Assembly: GCA_044892525.1 (NCBI GenBank) | Contig: CM097885.1 | Location: 48,114,001 to 48,178,000 of the forward strand | Reading direction: 5' to 3' | DNA: 64,000 bases | From: Schmidtea polychroa | Lineage: Eukaryota | In this document: positions 1 through 29,486 of the stretch, in pieces | Layout: each line of letters begins with the position of its first letter | How positions within the stretch are numbered: position 1 is the stretch's first letter | The notes under the pieces: generated by a model | Database searches by the model: none | What the model was told of the DNA's origin: nothing | The model's input: only the letters and a program-made list of their open reading frames with translations | Program-made: the position numbers and the translations under genes

Positions 1-50
1 CTGGTTTTTATTTTTATTTAAATAATTAATTTTATTGATATTAACACTTA

Positions 51-269
51 CTGTATATACTCGCGTATAAGTCGAGTAAATTTTAAGAGGTTTTTAAGTC
101 CTAAATTGGAAACCCGTGTATAAGTCGAAGTAACAAAAATAAAAAAAAAGGTTTAATGATTTCATTAAAAATTAATTTGTAGGTTTTTTGACCCGCCCAT
201 AAGTCGAAGTGGCTATTTTGACTTGAAAATTTGACGTAAATTTCTCGACTTATATGCGAGTATATACGG
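51..269. mobile_element. MITE of pogo/Tc1-mariner type with ~26 bp TIRs and TA target duplication
   Basis: ctgtatatactcgcgtataagtcgag (51-76) is the near-perfect reverse complement of ctcgacttatatgcgagtatatacgg (244-269); TA on both sides. Confidence 0.8.
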
Positions 270-1564
270 TAAATTATTGTCATTAATATTATACACTGAT
301 CATTTCGGTATCTTTATCAAATGAAAGTCATAAATTATCTTTTTTTAACTTTTGTAAATAAATGACTACGCATAATATTGTTAAGATTTTTTTTGTTTTG
401 TTTACAGTTAAATAAACAATTTAAAACATTGTTTAGTGAGCCTCACATACACGGCACTTCTGACTGTATAAATGTAATAACTGAAATATTCCATTTCATA
501 TAGGTACTTGTTTAGAAAATTTTCATATAAAATATTATAGTAAAATATTTGTAAATATCTTAAATAAATAATTAAAAAATTATTCATATAAAATTATTTA
601 ACAAAATTATTATTTAATTAATAAATTGTCTATTAATATCTAAGCATATTATTTATGTTTATGTTATAACTAAAAATCATTAATTAGTGTATAATTATGT
701 ATAAAAAATCGCCTGTTTTTTAACTTACAGCTGCAATTTAAATAGTTTATTTCAATGTTAAGCATGTTTTTCACTTAATCAATACTTTTAATAAATTGAT
801 TAAAAAATGCACCTCTAATTTTTGAAAATACTTTTATTAATTCTATTTCTATTACTAATAATTAGAGCATACTGTTCAATTCGTTTCTCAAATTTCTTCT
901 CGAATTCGACATTTTTCATATGAAAATTAATTTTAAATTTAAATTAATAATTTGAATTAATAATGCAAATTTTTATACAAAGACGAAAAAAAGTATTCGT
1001 TACTTTGTACAAAATCAATATCTTTTATGCAAACTTTTTCACCAAATTATTACTTTTTCTATTCTTTAATTTTAACACTATTTTTACCTTTCTTTGATGT
1101 TTTAATCGAACATCTTCACTTAACGATTGTAAAAAGTAGTCGTCTCATCTTCATGACAAGTTTCAAAGAAACACATCAAACTATTTTTTTTACCAAGTAA
1201 ACAATTTTTCTAGGGGGAAGAGAGTTGAAATAAAATGCATGTGTATAATAAATATTTGGGGCATTATACAAAATAGGACTTTTTTTCGTTTATTTACAAA
1301 ATAGAACACTTTTTTTAAATCAGAACGTCAGTTAATATTGAAAGTTGTTATACAAATATGATGGTTTGGAATCATTGATTTCCAGATATAATTAATAACA
1401 TTAAAAAAAACAGGAAGCCTCTTTAAATTAAATTTTTTTATTAATTTTTTTTGTCTTGGGTTTTTCCAACATTATTTGAGCGCATCTATTAAAATAGTTT
1501 TTAAATTAATCGAAAAATAGAATGGTTTTGGAAATTCAGGGGGCGGGGGTAAGTGCCCATGAGT

Positions 1565-1715
1565 TTGACTATGAATCAGTAAATATATCGATGTTTTTTT
1601 TATATTCACGAATTTTCGGCACTGCCCTTTTCAAGTGATTTCACTTGAAAAGGGCAGTGTCGAAAATTTGTGAATATAAAAAAAAACATCGATATATTTA
1701 CTGATTCATAGTCAA
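1565..1715. repeat. Near-perfect ~150 bp palindrome made from the 3' terminus (pseudo-LTR) of a Penelope-like element
   Basis: Arms of ~74 bp with a 2-3 nt spacer; the same sequence (ttgactatgaatcagtaaa...gaattttcgg) occurs once at 56058-56130, just downstream of the Penelope GIY-YIG ORF. Confidence 0.8.
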
Positions 1716-1781
1716 GCTTTTTTAATAAATATAATGTGAACTGAAAAGAAATGAGTGGGGAAAATTGAAAAAAATTCTTAT

Positions 1782-1988
<207 letters not shown>

Positions 1989-2110
1989 TGTTTCGACCAG
2001 TCAGAGGGGGATTGCCTCTGACTGGCAGTTCGTTTAGCGTTTTTTATATCGCGTCTGTGTGCGCGGTCTGAATTGATCGAGTATTGTTGGTGTGCGCACA
2101 CAGACGCGAG
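1989..2110 (+). repeat. Repeated hairpin leader, copy 1 (tgtttcgaccagtcag...gcgcacacagac)
   Basis: Similar to 3598-3725 (+) and partly to 19540-19632 (-); begins directly after (AAT)n; stem ccagtcagagg/cctctgactgg. Confidence 0.65.
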
Positions 2111-2252
2111 AAGAAGGTCTTTTGTTAATTTTGTAAGTTTCTTACGATAGATTTTGTAGAAACTATATGTAATTTTTATAGATTATTATTTTGGTTTGTT
2201 TTACTGCTAAATTTTGGAATTCGGGAAGTGGGGAATTTAAAAAATCGAAAAT

Positions 2253-2722
2253 ATGAAAGCGAAGATTGTGGCAAATGAAAAGAGATTATTCCAAGTCGAA
2301 TATGCATTTAAGGCAATGGCATTAGATGGATTGCTTTCCGTTGGTATTCGAGGCAATAATTGTTATGTAGTAGTTACACAAAGAAAAGTTCCAGTTAAAA
2401 TGATTGAGAAGAGTTCAGCTACAAGATTGTTTAATATTACTGAAAGTACTGGAGGTGTTATGATTGGTATGATCCCTGATTGTCAATCTCAAGTATGTCG
2501 TGCACAGAAGGAAGCAGCTCGATTTAAATCTAAAATTGGACACGCAAGGCCTTGTGACATAATATGTTGTTCTATTGCGGAATTTGTTCTATCAACTCTA
2601 TAACCAATCGGCTGAGATGCGACCATTAGGTCTGGATTTCTATCAATTTCGGTAAATGATGGCATTATCTTATTTAATTGAAATGGACAAACTGTTATTA
2701 TTCAAAACTGATCCACGTGGCC
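2253..2722 (+). pseudogene. PSMA6: Intronless, frameshifted fragment of proteasome subunit alpha-6 (alpha1), in an EGFR intron
   Basis: RLFQVEYAFKA..SVGIRG..VVTQRKVP..LFNITE..GMIPDCQSQV; after a frameshift QLYNQSAEMRPLG and LFKTDP; normal N- and C-termini are missing. Confidence 0.85.
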
Positions 2723-2767
2723 CTGTAGATGCCAATAAAACTGTTTATCTCCTTGTTGGATTTATTC

Positions 2768-2829
<62 letters not shown>
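2768..2829. repeat. (AAT)n microsatellite
   Basis: Direct reading. Confidence 0.97.
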
Positions 2830-2831
<2 letters not shown>

Positions 2832-2876
2832 CCTATATTTATTTTTATTGTATTTACTTATAATTTGTATATTTAG

Positions 2877-20747
<17,871 letters not shown>

Positions 20748-21989
20748 CTAAATATTTGATTAGAGGATATTATAAATTTGTCTTCCAACGTAAAACCTCT
20801 AGTCAATCTATACTAAAATTTCTACGAAATGTATTTTTTTTCTAATTAATTTACAGCGCATATGCAAGTTATGGAACTCTGCTTCTTTCATTGTGTATAA
20901 AATCAATAAATTTTAATATTTTGTTTGAATTGTCTAATTATTTGAAAGAACATGAAAAAAGATTGGATTACAAATAATATTGAAAATATCAAAAAAAAGA
21001 AAATGAACGAATGAAATTATTTTGAGAATATTGTAATTATATTATTTTTGAATTTGTAATTTTAATGAAATTTTATTTTTGTCCATATTCAATTTACATT
21101 CTTTTCCCTAAATTTATTTTCCAATTGAAATTATTATTTTGTTTAAAATTATCTAAAGTAATAAAAATTTTAAAATAAATTCGATAATTTGATTTTATTA
21201 AACAATAAATATATCAAGAGCTTTTCCGGAAATAATTGCGGTTAAGATATATTTTTTATTCCATTTTATACATTTTGTTAGACGGCTCAAAATATGAATT
21301 CTTGAAATTAAATTTATTCAATTTTACAAAAACCTGAAAATGACGCTCATAAAGTTTATACTAATATGATTATTTTGATTTTCCATTATTTTAATTTATT
21401 TAATTTTCTAAATTTTCTGTTTCGCTTTAATGAATAATTTATTAACCATTTCCTATTCCAGATTTTATTATTTTATTTGCAGTTCAAATCCATTCAAAGA
21501 AAATTAGAAATAAAAATTTCATTTTTTTCAAAATCGTTATTTTAGTTAGAGATTTTACACTTGCAAATCAGTGTTGTAGGCAAATGTCATTTTTAAAGTT
21601 TACATATCCAAACAAAACACCAGAGCTACAAGAAATAATAGTCTTATATCACAATAGTTGCAATTGCTCTTTTACATGTCTACAGTTATACAGTTTGTGG
21701 CTTGTAATTATTCCGAAAATGATATTTTTCGAAACAATCTGCTGAATACAACAGTGGATGAACCATATAATTTTTGCTATAAAACTGGTCAAAAAATCGC
21801 TTATCTTTACCTTTCGATTGCTACACATTAAGCAATCTTTCTGACTGATACAGAGCTCTGTTATCAGAAAATAAGTTTTCTCATTCAGTCTTTCGGTAAT
21901 TTTAGCGGTGTTGGGGCGTCTGCATCTTGTACTTATATATATAGCTTGATAATAGAGCTTATTGTCTTAGACTTAATATTGACAAATTT

Positions 21990-23230
21990 CGAACGAATTT
22001 AAGCAATTGATTTGCCTTCTTTCCAACTCATCATTACTGTTACACTAGATCTTCCCTGTAGCTTGTTATACACAATTTCCACTTTTCAATTGTTCCAATT
22101 CTTTCCACTTCCTCTTCATACTTTTCTCTCCTTACGAATATGTATACTTTTTCAGTTACCCTTCCTGCATTCTCCCACTTTTCTATCCCTTGAGGATATC
22201 CCATTCACTTTTCTGTTAGTATATGGCTTCAACCAACTCCTCTACTGGTAGAGCCTTGTTGTTTGGGTACGTCCTACTAAAATTATCTTCATTTGTCTTT
22301 TCGCATGATTCCCTTTCCTCTTCTTCCTCGATTCCATTAATATAGTATCTGTTTCCTGTCGGTCTTTGTTTCTATATCTTTTTTTTGTAACTCGACTTTG
22401 TATAACATTCTTCAGATCTATGACCATTTCTGTTGCATCTTTTACACTGTATTTCTTGACATAACCTTCTTATATGACCTTCTTTCCCACAACCAAAACA
22501 TCTTGGCACATTTTTATCTGGACAATTCCTACTTATATGTCCGTTTCTGTGACACGTCCAGCACTCTATCTTATTCCTTACTGGACAGTCTATTTTCGTG
22601 TGGCCTATTTTGTGGCATAGACAGCACTGTGGTTCTTCTTGTCGCCTGTCTTCTTCTCTTTCATCTTTATGCTTGTACTGTCCTCTTCTCTGTGCATCCT
22701 GATAAACCACTCTTGAGCATTTTTTCATAGCGTTTATATGATCTCTCTGTTTCTCCACTTTATCCATCAGAATTAATATTTCCTTTATTTCCTCTGTGCT
22801 TTTTATCTTCCGCAATATTACTTCTTTCTAAACTTCTTTATTCTCAGCACATACTATCAACATCTTCGCTGTTATTTTCTCTTTGGTGTCGATAAGGTCT
22901 TTTACTTTGTTAAAATATGTTTCAATCTCTTCGCATTTCTTTTATAATTCAATAAACTCTCCATATCCTTTATTACGTCTCTTTCGTAATCAAATGCCAT
23001 TCGTAACCTGGCTTGAAGTCCTTCTGCTTTTTAAGTATTTTTGCATATTTCTCCAATAGATCCTCGTCGATCATACATGCAGTCAATCTCTCCTGTTCAT
23101 TTGTATTGATGCCTTTAGCATCAAAATAAATCTCGCATCTTCTAATGAAGTTTCTAAGTCATCAACTTATCAAAAGACCTTTGGCAATAATCTTTCAGTG
23201 ATCGCGTCGGTGTTTACCACTGCCAACATA
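21990..23230 (-). mobile_element. Degenerate LTR retrotransposon gag with four CCHC knuckles and a PBS
   Basis: CCLCHKIGHTKIDC, CWTCHRNGHISRNC, CFGCGKEGHIRRLC, CKRCNRNGHRSEEC; PBS-like tggcagtggt on the minus strand at ~23216-23225 (tRNA-Leu-like). Confidence 0.75.
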
Positions 23231-23344
23231 TTAGGATTATCATCCGTTAAACCATTAATATCTGTTTGCAAATAACTAAGTAATTCCAAAAGTTTTATTT
23301 AATAAACTATATACTCAAAACTTATCTTTCCTTATGTTTCCTTT

Positions 23345-23451
23345 TTAAACAAATTACAATCTTTCTTTTAAAATATTTTTCGATAAAAATATTTTTAAAA
23401 TTTAACAAAATTTCTAATTAAAACTTTTAGAATCTTTCATCTTCCTCATAT
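23345..23451 (-). repeat. Dispersed repeat, inverted copy of 10061-10165
   Basis: atatgaggaagatgaaagattctaaaag...aagaaagattg matches in reverse complement. Confidence 0.8.
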
Positions 23452-24642
23452 AAATAAAACTTACCTTTAATAAATATGTGTGTATCATAGCCAAAACTGA
23501 CATTAATTTAAATCCAAAACATTAAATAATGTCATGCTAAAGGCTGATAGAAAAATTTGCTATTGGAAAGAAAATAAATACCTACACACAAGTACGGTTC
23601 ACAAAATCTCTAAAAAATTACACACAATAGGAAATTTAAAAAACTTCAAATTTTTAATTATAAAACCATAAAATATGAATACATATGATGACAACTCTAA
23701 TGCTAATTTCTTTTCAAACCACATCAAGTGTATTTAGATAAATTTAAAAAGAAGAAAGAGCTAAAGTTTTCTCAGTTGATGGATTTAGGAGAATGAGCTT
23801 CAGTGATAGATTTTCTACAATATACCAAGCAGTTAATAAAGAACTTCAAAAGGCAAATTATATTAATTAGAGAAATTACTATCATCACATAAGGGTTCTA
23901 CCCTAAATATATAATGAAACAAGACATTTTCGAAGAAATATGAAGATTTGGTTTATATTAAAATAAATATATAAATCTCATATATCTTTTATCATAAAAT
24001 ATAAAAAATATTTTTAAAATATTTAAATTAAATAAGTAAAAAGAATAATTCATTTAATTGCATATAATTTAATATTAAAAATTATCGTTAATATTTAAAT
24101 TAAGACAAAAACGCAATTAACAGGAATTTATAATTAATTGCGCTTTCGTGTATTTTGGTTTTTATATATCTATCCAAAAATTTTATTTTTAAAATAATTT
24201 TTTAATTTCTTTTAAAAAGTACAATATTTATTAGTAATAGAAAAAAGTACACAATTAAAATATGTAAGCGTTCAGGATAGAATTCATATCTACACTAGCA
24301 TAAAATAAGCAACTATATAATTAATATATAAGGACCAGGTAAGATTCAAGTCTTTTATATACCCCTACTCTTAACTAGATTTGTAGTAATTTTGAAGTTT
24401 TTCTTTTGCTTCTTTGTCTTTATATGTTACCTCAAGGTTATTTTTTAGTATCTTTAATATTTAATTAATTAAAAAATTCAATTTTAAAAATTTTATTTTG
24501 TAATAATTGAGATAAATTTTCACTTAATAAAATAAAGTAAATATGTATAGTTTTATTTTTTAATGATATAAAATTGTTTAAATAATATAAAGTTTTTAGT
24601 TATTAATAAAATTTTGTAAATTAAATAACTTTAAATTAATTT

Positions 24643-25771
24643 ATGGTAAGTAAAAGTTGAATAATGTGTTTTGTATTTACTGTTATTGTCGTATATTAAT
24701 ACTTTGAAAATAAAACTAATAATTACAATATATAAACTTTTAGGGTGAACGTAAAGGACAAAACAAATACTATCCACCTGATTTCGACCATAACAAGCAT
24801 TTCTCACTTAATTCATATCATGGTGTTCATGCACTTAGAGAGAGAGGAGCAAGAGCTCACGAAGGAATCCTTATCATTAGATTTGAAATGCCATTTAACT
24901 GTTGGTGTTTGACTTGTAATAAACCAATAGGTATGGGGGTTAGATACAACAGTGAAAAAACGAAAGTTGGCAACTTTTATTCAACTCCAATCTATCAATT
25001 TAAAATGAGATGTCATTTGTGTGCTGGAGATATTATTATACAAACTGATCCTGAACATTTTCAATATGTTATAATAAGTGGAGCTAGGAGACGTGAGCAG
25101 AGATATGAAGCCAAAGATGTCGAACTTCCTGAATTAGCCGATTCTCATACGAGAAACAAATTAGCTATTGATCCCATGTTTCATTTAGAACATGCATCTA
25201 AAGACGAAGAATTAGTCAAAACTGCAAAGCCAAATCTAAAAAAATTGCTAAAATCAAGTAATTATTTTTACGATGACTTTAGTTTAAATCAGATGGCTCG
25301 AAAGCGCTTTAGAGTAATGTAACTTTTTCTAATATTCTCATAAGACTTTTGTTAGGAAGAGAAAAAAATCGCAGCGGGAAAACAGGAATATCTTGATAAA
25401 TTATCGGAAAACATGTCATTAGTTGGAAGTGAAATAAAACTTCTTCCCTGTGCTCAACAAGATAAAGAAATTGCAAAATTACAGATGAAAAGTACGGAGA
25501 TTAATTACGGAAACAAATTGAAAGTAATATTTATTTAGAATCGGGTTTAGATATGTCTGCGAAAGCGATCGAGAAACGAAAAGCACAGTTAATTAAAACA
25601 TTAAAAACCAGGGCATCGAAAAAACCCACGAGTAAATATTTACCGCTTGTGAAAGGGATTTTCAGTTCGACCAAATCGTTGTTATTGAAAAAAGCACAAG
25701 TTAATTCAGAATCGTTTTCAACGAGTTTAGTATCAGAAGATTATAATTCCAGTGATGAAAATGCTATTTGA
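24643..25771 (+). CDS. CCDC130: Splicing factor CCDC130/YJU2B (Saf4/Cwc16 family). Exons: 24643-24645 (ATG only), 24744-25313, 25356-25491, 25539-25771
   Basis: M|GERKGQNKYYPPDFD..HALRER..ILIIRFEMPFNCWCLTC..IGMGVRYN.EK.KVGNFYSTPIYQFKMRCHLC..IQTDP..SGARR..DPMFHLEH; GT-AG introns keep the frame. Confidence 0.93.
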
Positions 25772-26058
25772 TCCTAGTGTTGTTTGTCAATGTATATCTT
25801 ATTTTCATTGGCCAATTTTTTATTGATTCTCATTGGCTAATTGTTTATCTGTTGAATTGTCGACAGAATTGTTTTGGGGATTGTAACGAAAATTATTCAA
25901 TTGATTTTATATATTATTATCAATAACAAGTTCGTTTGTCCCGATACAATTATTTCTTTCCTTTGCATTTTGAGTGTTTGAAAGGAGATTTAGCTATCAG
26001 TGAGTGCTTGTGAGTCTGAAAATGTTTCTAATTGGAATATTTGTATGGCTTGAGTTAA

Positions 26059-26062
26059 TGTA

Positions 26063-26107
<45 letters not shown>
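26059..26107. repeat. (TA)n microsatellite
   Basis: Direct reading. Confidence 0.95.
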
Positions 26108-26110
<3 letters not shown>

Positions 26111-26493
26111 CAAACTAAAAATCAATCGAAATGATACGTACGATGTTGCCGAAACGAAAAAAAAACGACTTAGCCTGTCTGCTGTCTTACGGTATTCAAA
26201 TTGTTAATGAACACTGAACATATAAGTAATTGCAAGAAATGGTGCTTTATCTGAAATAAGAACTAATATAGAGTCGGTCGCTTGTTTCTAATGGAAATGA
26301 AATAAAATATCAATGAACGAAAGTATTTACATTGAAAACAATTTAAAAATACTGAATATTTTTAGCAAAGCTTCGTCTTAATGTCGAGCAAGATTTTTTT
26401 TTAATACATTTTAAGTCCATATTTTATTCCTAGTTTTTGCTTTTTCTGGTGTTTAAATATTATCCTTAATTTCTTTATTGGTTTGCATTAGAA

Positions 26494-27821
26494 CAGTGTT
26501 GTCCAAACTGTGTGCCGTTAACCCTGTTTTTCCAAACTTAATAAAAGGAAATTGAATTGTGGATATTTTAACACTTATTTCAAATTTAAATGTTAATCAG
26601 TCAATTAAATCAAAGAAGCGGGAACGTATGGTTAACATTGATCAAGAATTAAGAGTTTGTTTGTCAAAAATTCCACCACGATTGGAACTTATTTGTTCGG
26701 AACATTAAGCACATAAATCTCATTAACTATGTTTTATGAATTTTTCTAAATTTAAAATTTTTTACATTAAATTTATTTTAAGTAAATATGTTTTTCATTT
26801 CTTATTAAAAGATTAGTAAAAGTGCAATAAAAAATTGCAAATACACCAACAGGCAATTGATTATCATCAAATGGCCATTGATTTGCAAATTTAATAATAT
26901 AAATATTAACTTACTTATAATAAATGTGTGTGTGTCATAGCCAGAAGGGACATTGGATTATCTAGGTGACATTAAATTGGGTATTACACTATAGAAAGAT
27001 AGAAAAAATCGCTGTTGGAAGAAAAATAAATAAATGCATACAAACACGGTTCACAAAATTTTGATTTATCATTGATTTATCATGCTGACATTCAATTAGC
27101 TAAAGATTTTCAATTTAAAATTAATTAATTATAAAAAAATATACGAGAATTTGTCAGAAACTTCATCAGAATCGACTATTTCATTTCAAGAAATTCATAG
27201 TTGAATGCTCTTCAATATATGGACGAACAAGAGATTCGGTAGATCACGAGTAGGCAATAGAATTTATAACAATATACCAACAAATCAAGGTCTCAATATC
27301 CAAAGATGAGCTAATCCATTTACAATAATATATCTTCATTGACTATTCAAATAGAAAAGTTGCCATATAATCCATTTTTGAACTTCATCGAAAGTGTTGA
27401 GCAAAATTAAAAATGGGGTAAGGCCTAAAGTTTCTTCGGCTGATGGATTTACCAGACAGATTTACCTTCAATGAATGATTTACTGCAATATCCCAAGCAG
27501 TTAACGAGGAACTTCGAAAACCAGATCACAATAATTTCAAAAATCATATTAATAATCATATTAAAGATTCTTCCCTAAATACTTGATATTTTAGGTAAAC
27601 TATGAAAATAATGAATATCTTACTTCTTTATTCATTATTTTAACAAAAAATCTTAAAATTAACTAAAATCCAAAACAAAGCTTATTTGACATAGCTAAAT
27701 GAATGTCTCATTTATGATAATCAAATGCGCTTTGGTGTAAAGCAAAAAAAAATTAGGTGTGCCGCGAAAATTTTTAATTCAGTCAAGTGTGCCATGGCTC
27801 AAAAAAGTTTGGTCTACACTG
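26494..27821 (+). mobile_element. Non-autonomous hAT (Buster/Charlie-type) DNA transposon
   Basis: TIRs cagtgttgtccaaact / agtttggtctacactg; exact 8 bp TSD CATTAGAA with central TA; transposase C-tail KSKKRERMVNIDQELRVCLSKIPPRLELICS at ~26608-26725. Confidence 0.88.
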
Positions 27822-28229
27822 CATTAGAATGACTTGCTTGACAATCCAAACAAGGGCCCGGCTTATGTTTTTAATTAAAAATATTTAAAAGTAATTCAAA
27901 AGAAGAAATACAATTTATCTTATATACATTTAAAATTATAGAATTGCAAATTAAATCTTATGAGCATACAAATTTTCTCATTTAAAAGAAATATTTCTTG
28001 ATTTAAAAGCAAACATTAAACTAATTACCTATTAGTCAACTAAACGATTATTCTGAATAGAAAGCAATATTATTTTATCTTGTATATAATTTGTGCCGAG
28101 TAAAATAAATTATGACTAATAAAAAATATATATAAACAAATTTTATATCATAGGTTCCCAAACTTTATGAACCCCCACCTTGAGCTACTGATATTATATT
28201 TGAAAGGGATTGGTTTTTTCATGAAGCAA

Positions 28230-28670
28230 TCCTTGAAAACATCAAATATTGAATCGCTCTTAGTACAGTTTCTCGTAGATTTCTTGATCCATAATAAAAC
28301 GAACATATGCCAATAATAATGCTTCATTACCAGGTATTATTGACTCAAACAGCTGTATAAAGAAATGGGTCATTTGCAAGTAATTACTCAAGAAGCTTTC
28401 AATATCATAATTCATTTCAACAATACGTCTTTCAACTGTGTTGTTGCTTAAAGCAATTCTTTAAATAATATCGGATGCAGGTGTGTGTAAAAAATCTTTT
28501 AAAACCTCTTCAACGCCTGATAAAATTAAATTTTCTCAAATATTATGCAGTTTTTCGGATTTTGATATAAGTTTACAAGAGATTGTAAGCTGCCGCAACC
28601 ATAATTATTTATTTTTGACTTCGAAACGAACATTCTGTCCATCGTGAATTACTTTTGAAGTTTATCTAAA
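28230..28670 (-). pseudogene. hAT/Buster-type transposase fragment
   Basis: IALSNNTVERRIVEM..FFIQLFES..EALLLAYVRFI, with stops. Confidence 0.75.
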
Positions 28671-28679
28671 GAAGCCAAT

Positions 28680-29260
28680 GATCAAAACTGGTTAAATCAA
28701 CTACCCACAATACTAATCGGACTGAGAAATAGCCCAAACTCCTTAGATAACGAAAGCCCAGCATACAAGTGTTTCGGAAAAGCTACAAATTTGCCATTAC
28801 TTAAATCAGATACAACTAAAAACACTGAAAACATCAAACAAAGTAACAAACAAAAATAGCGAAACCACCAATCAGAAACCAAAAAGAATTTAAAAAGGAG
28901 ACCGGACTCTGAATTGGATGGAAAAACAGTACTAACAACAGATTTCATTCTAATAAAAAACCATTCACAAAAGGTTTCGAATCCAAATACGAAGGTCCAA
29001 TCAAACTCCTAGAAATCAACAAAAACATCGCCACAATAATCAAAAACAACAATAAAATAAAAATAAACATAAGACGAATAAAACCTTATCACCTGAACGA
29101 AAACCTGCAAAACAACACACCAGAAAACAAAACACACACGCAAACGAAAACACAATCAATTCATAAAAACATCACATTCAACTACAAAAACTCAATCAAA
29201 CTATTTGACAAAGACACAATAATCACACCCCTATACAAAAAACGATACAGCGATTGACTT
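28680..29260 (+). pseudogene. Gypsy-type integrase C-terminal remnant (different family)
   Basis: NWLNQLPTILIGLRNS..ESPA..FG; GFESKYEGPIKLLE (GPY/F); INIRRIKPY. Confidence 0.65.
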
Positions 29261-29486
29261 AAATAAAACAGAAACATAAAAAAACAAATCACACGCACAA
29301 ACAATGCTAATTGTACAGTTTTACTTATTTCCTTGTAATTATGAAACTGGTTGTAAATTTTTTGTTTTATTCAGGTTGTATATAAATAAAAAAATGGAAA
29401 CAAAATACATATAAAAACATAAAACATATAAAAGAAAAAAAAGGTTATTGAATGTCATTCTTTTGTGTTACTTTTCATTGAGTCAT

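Noticed and set aside
1989..2010. ctgactggtcgaaac on the minus strand as a hammerhead core
   Set aside because: Lacks CUGANGA spacing and stems I and III
2253..2603. Functional PSMA6 gene
   Set aside because: Missing N-terminus, frameshifted, truncated, and embedded between microsatellites
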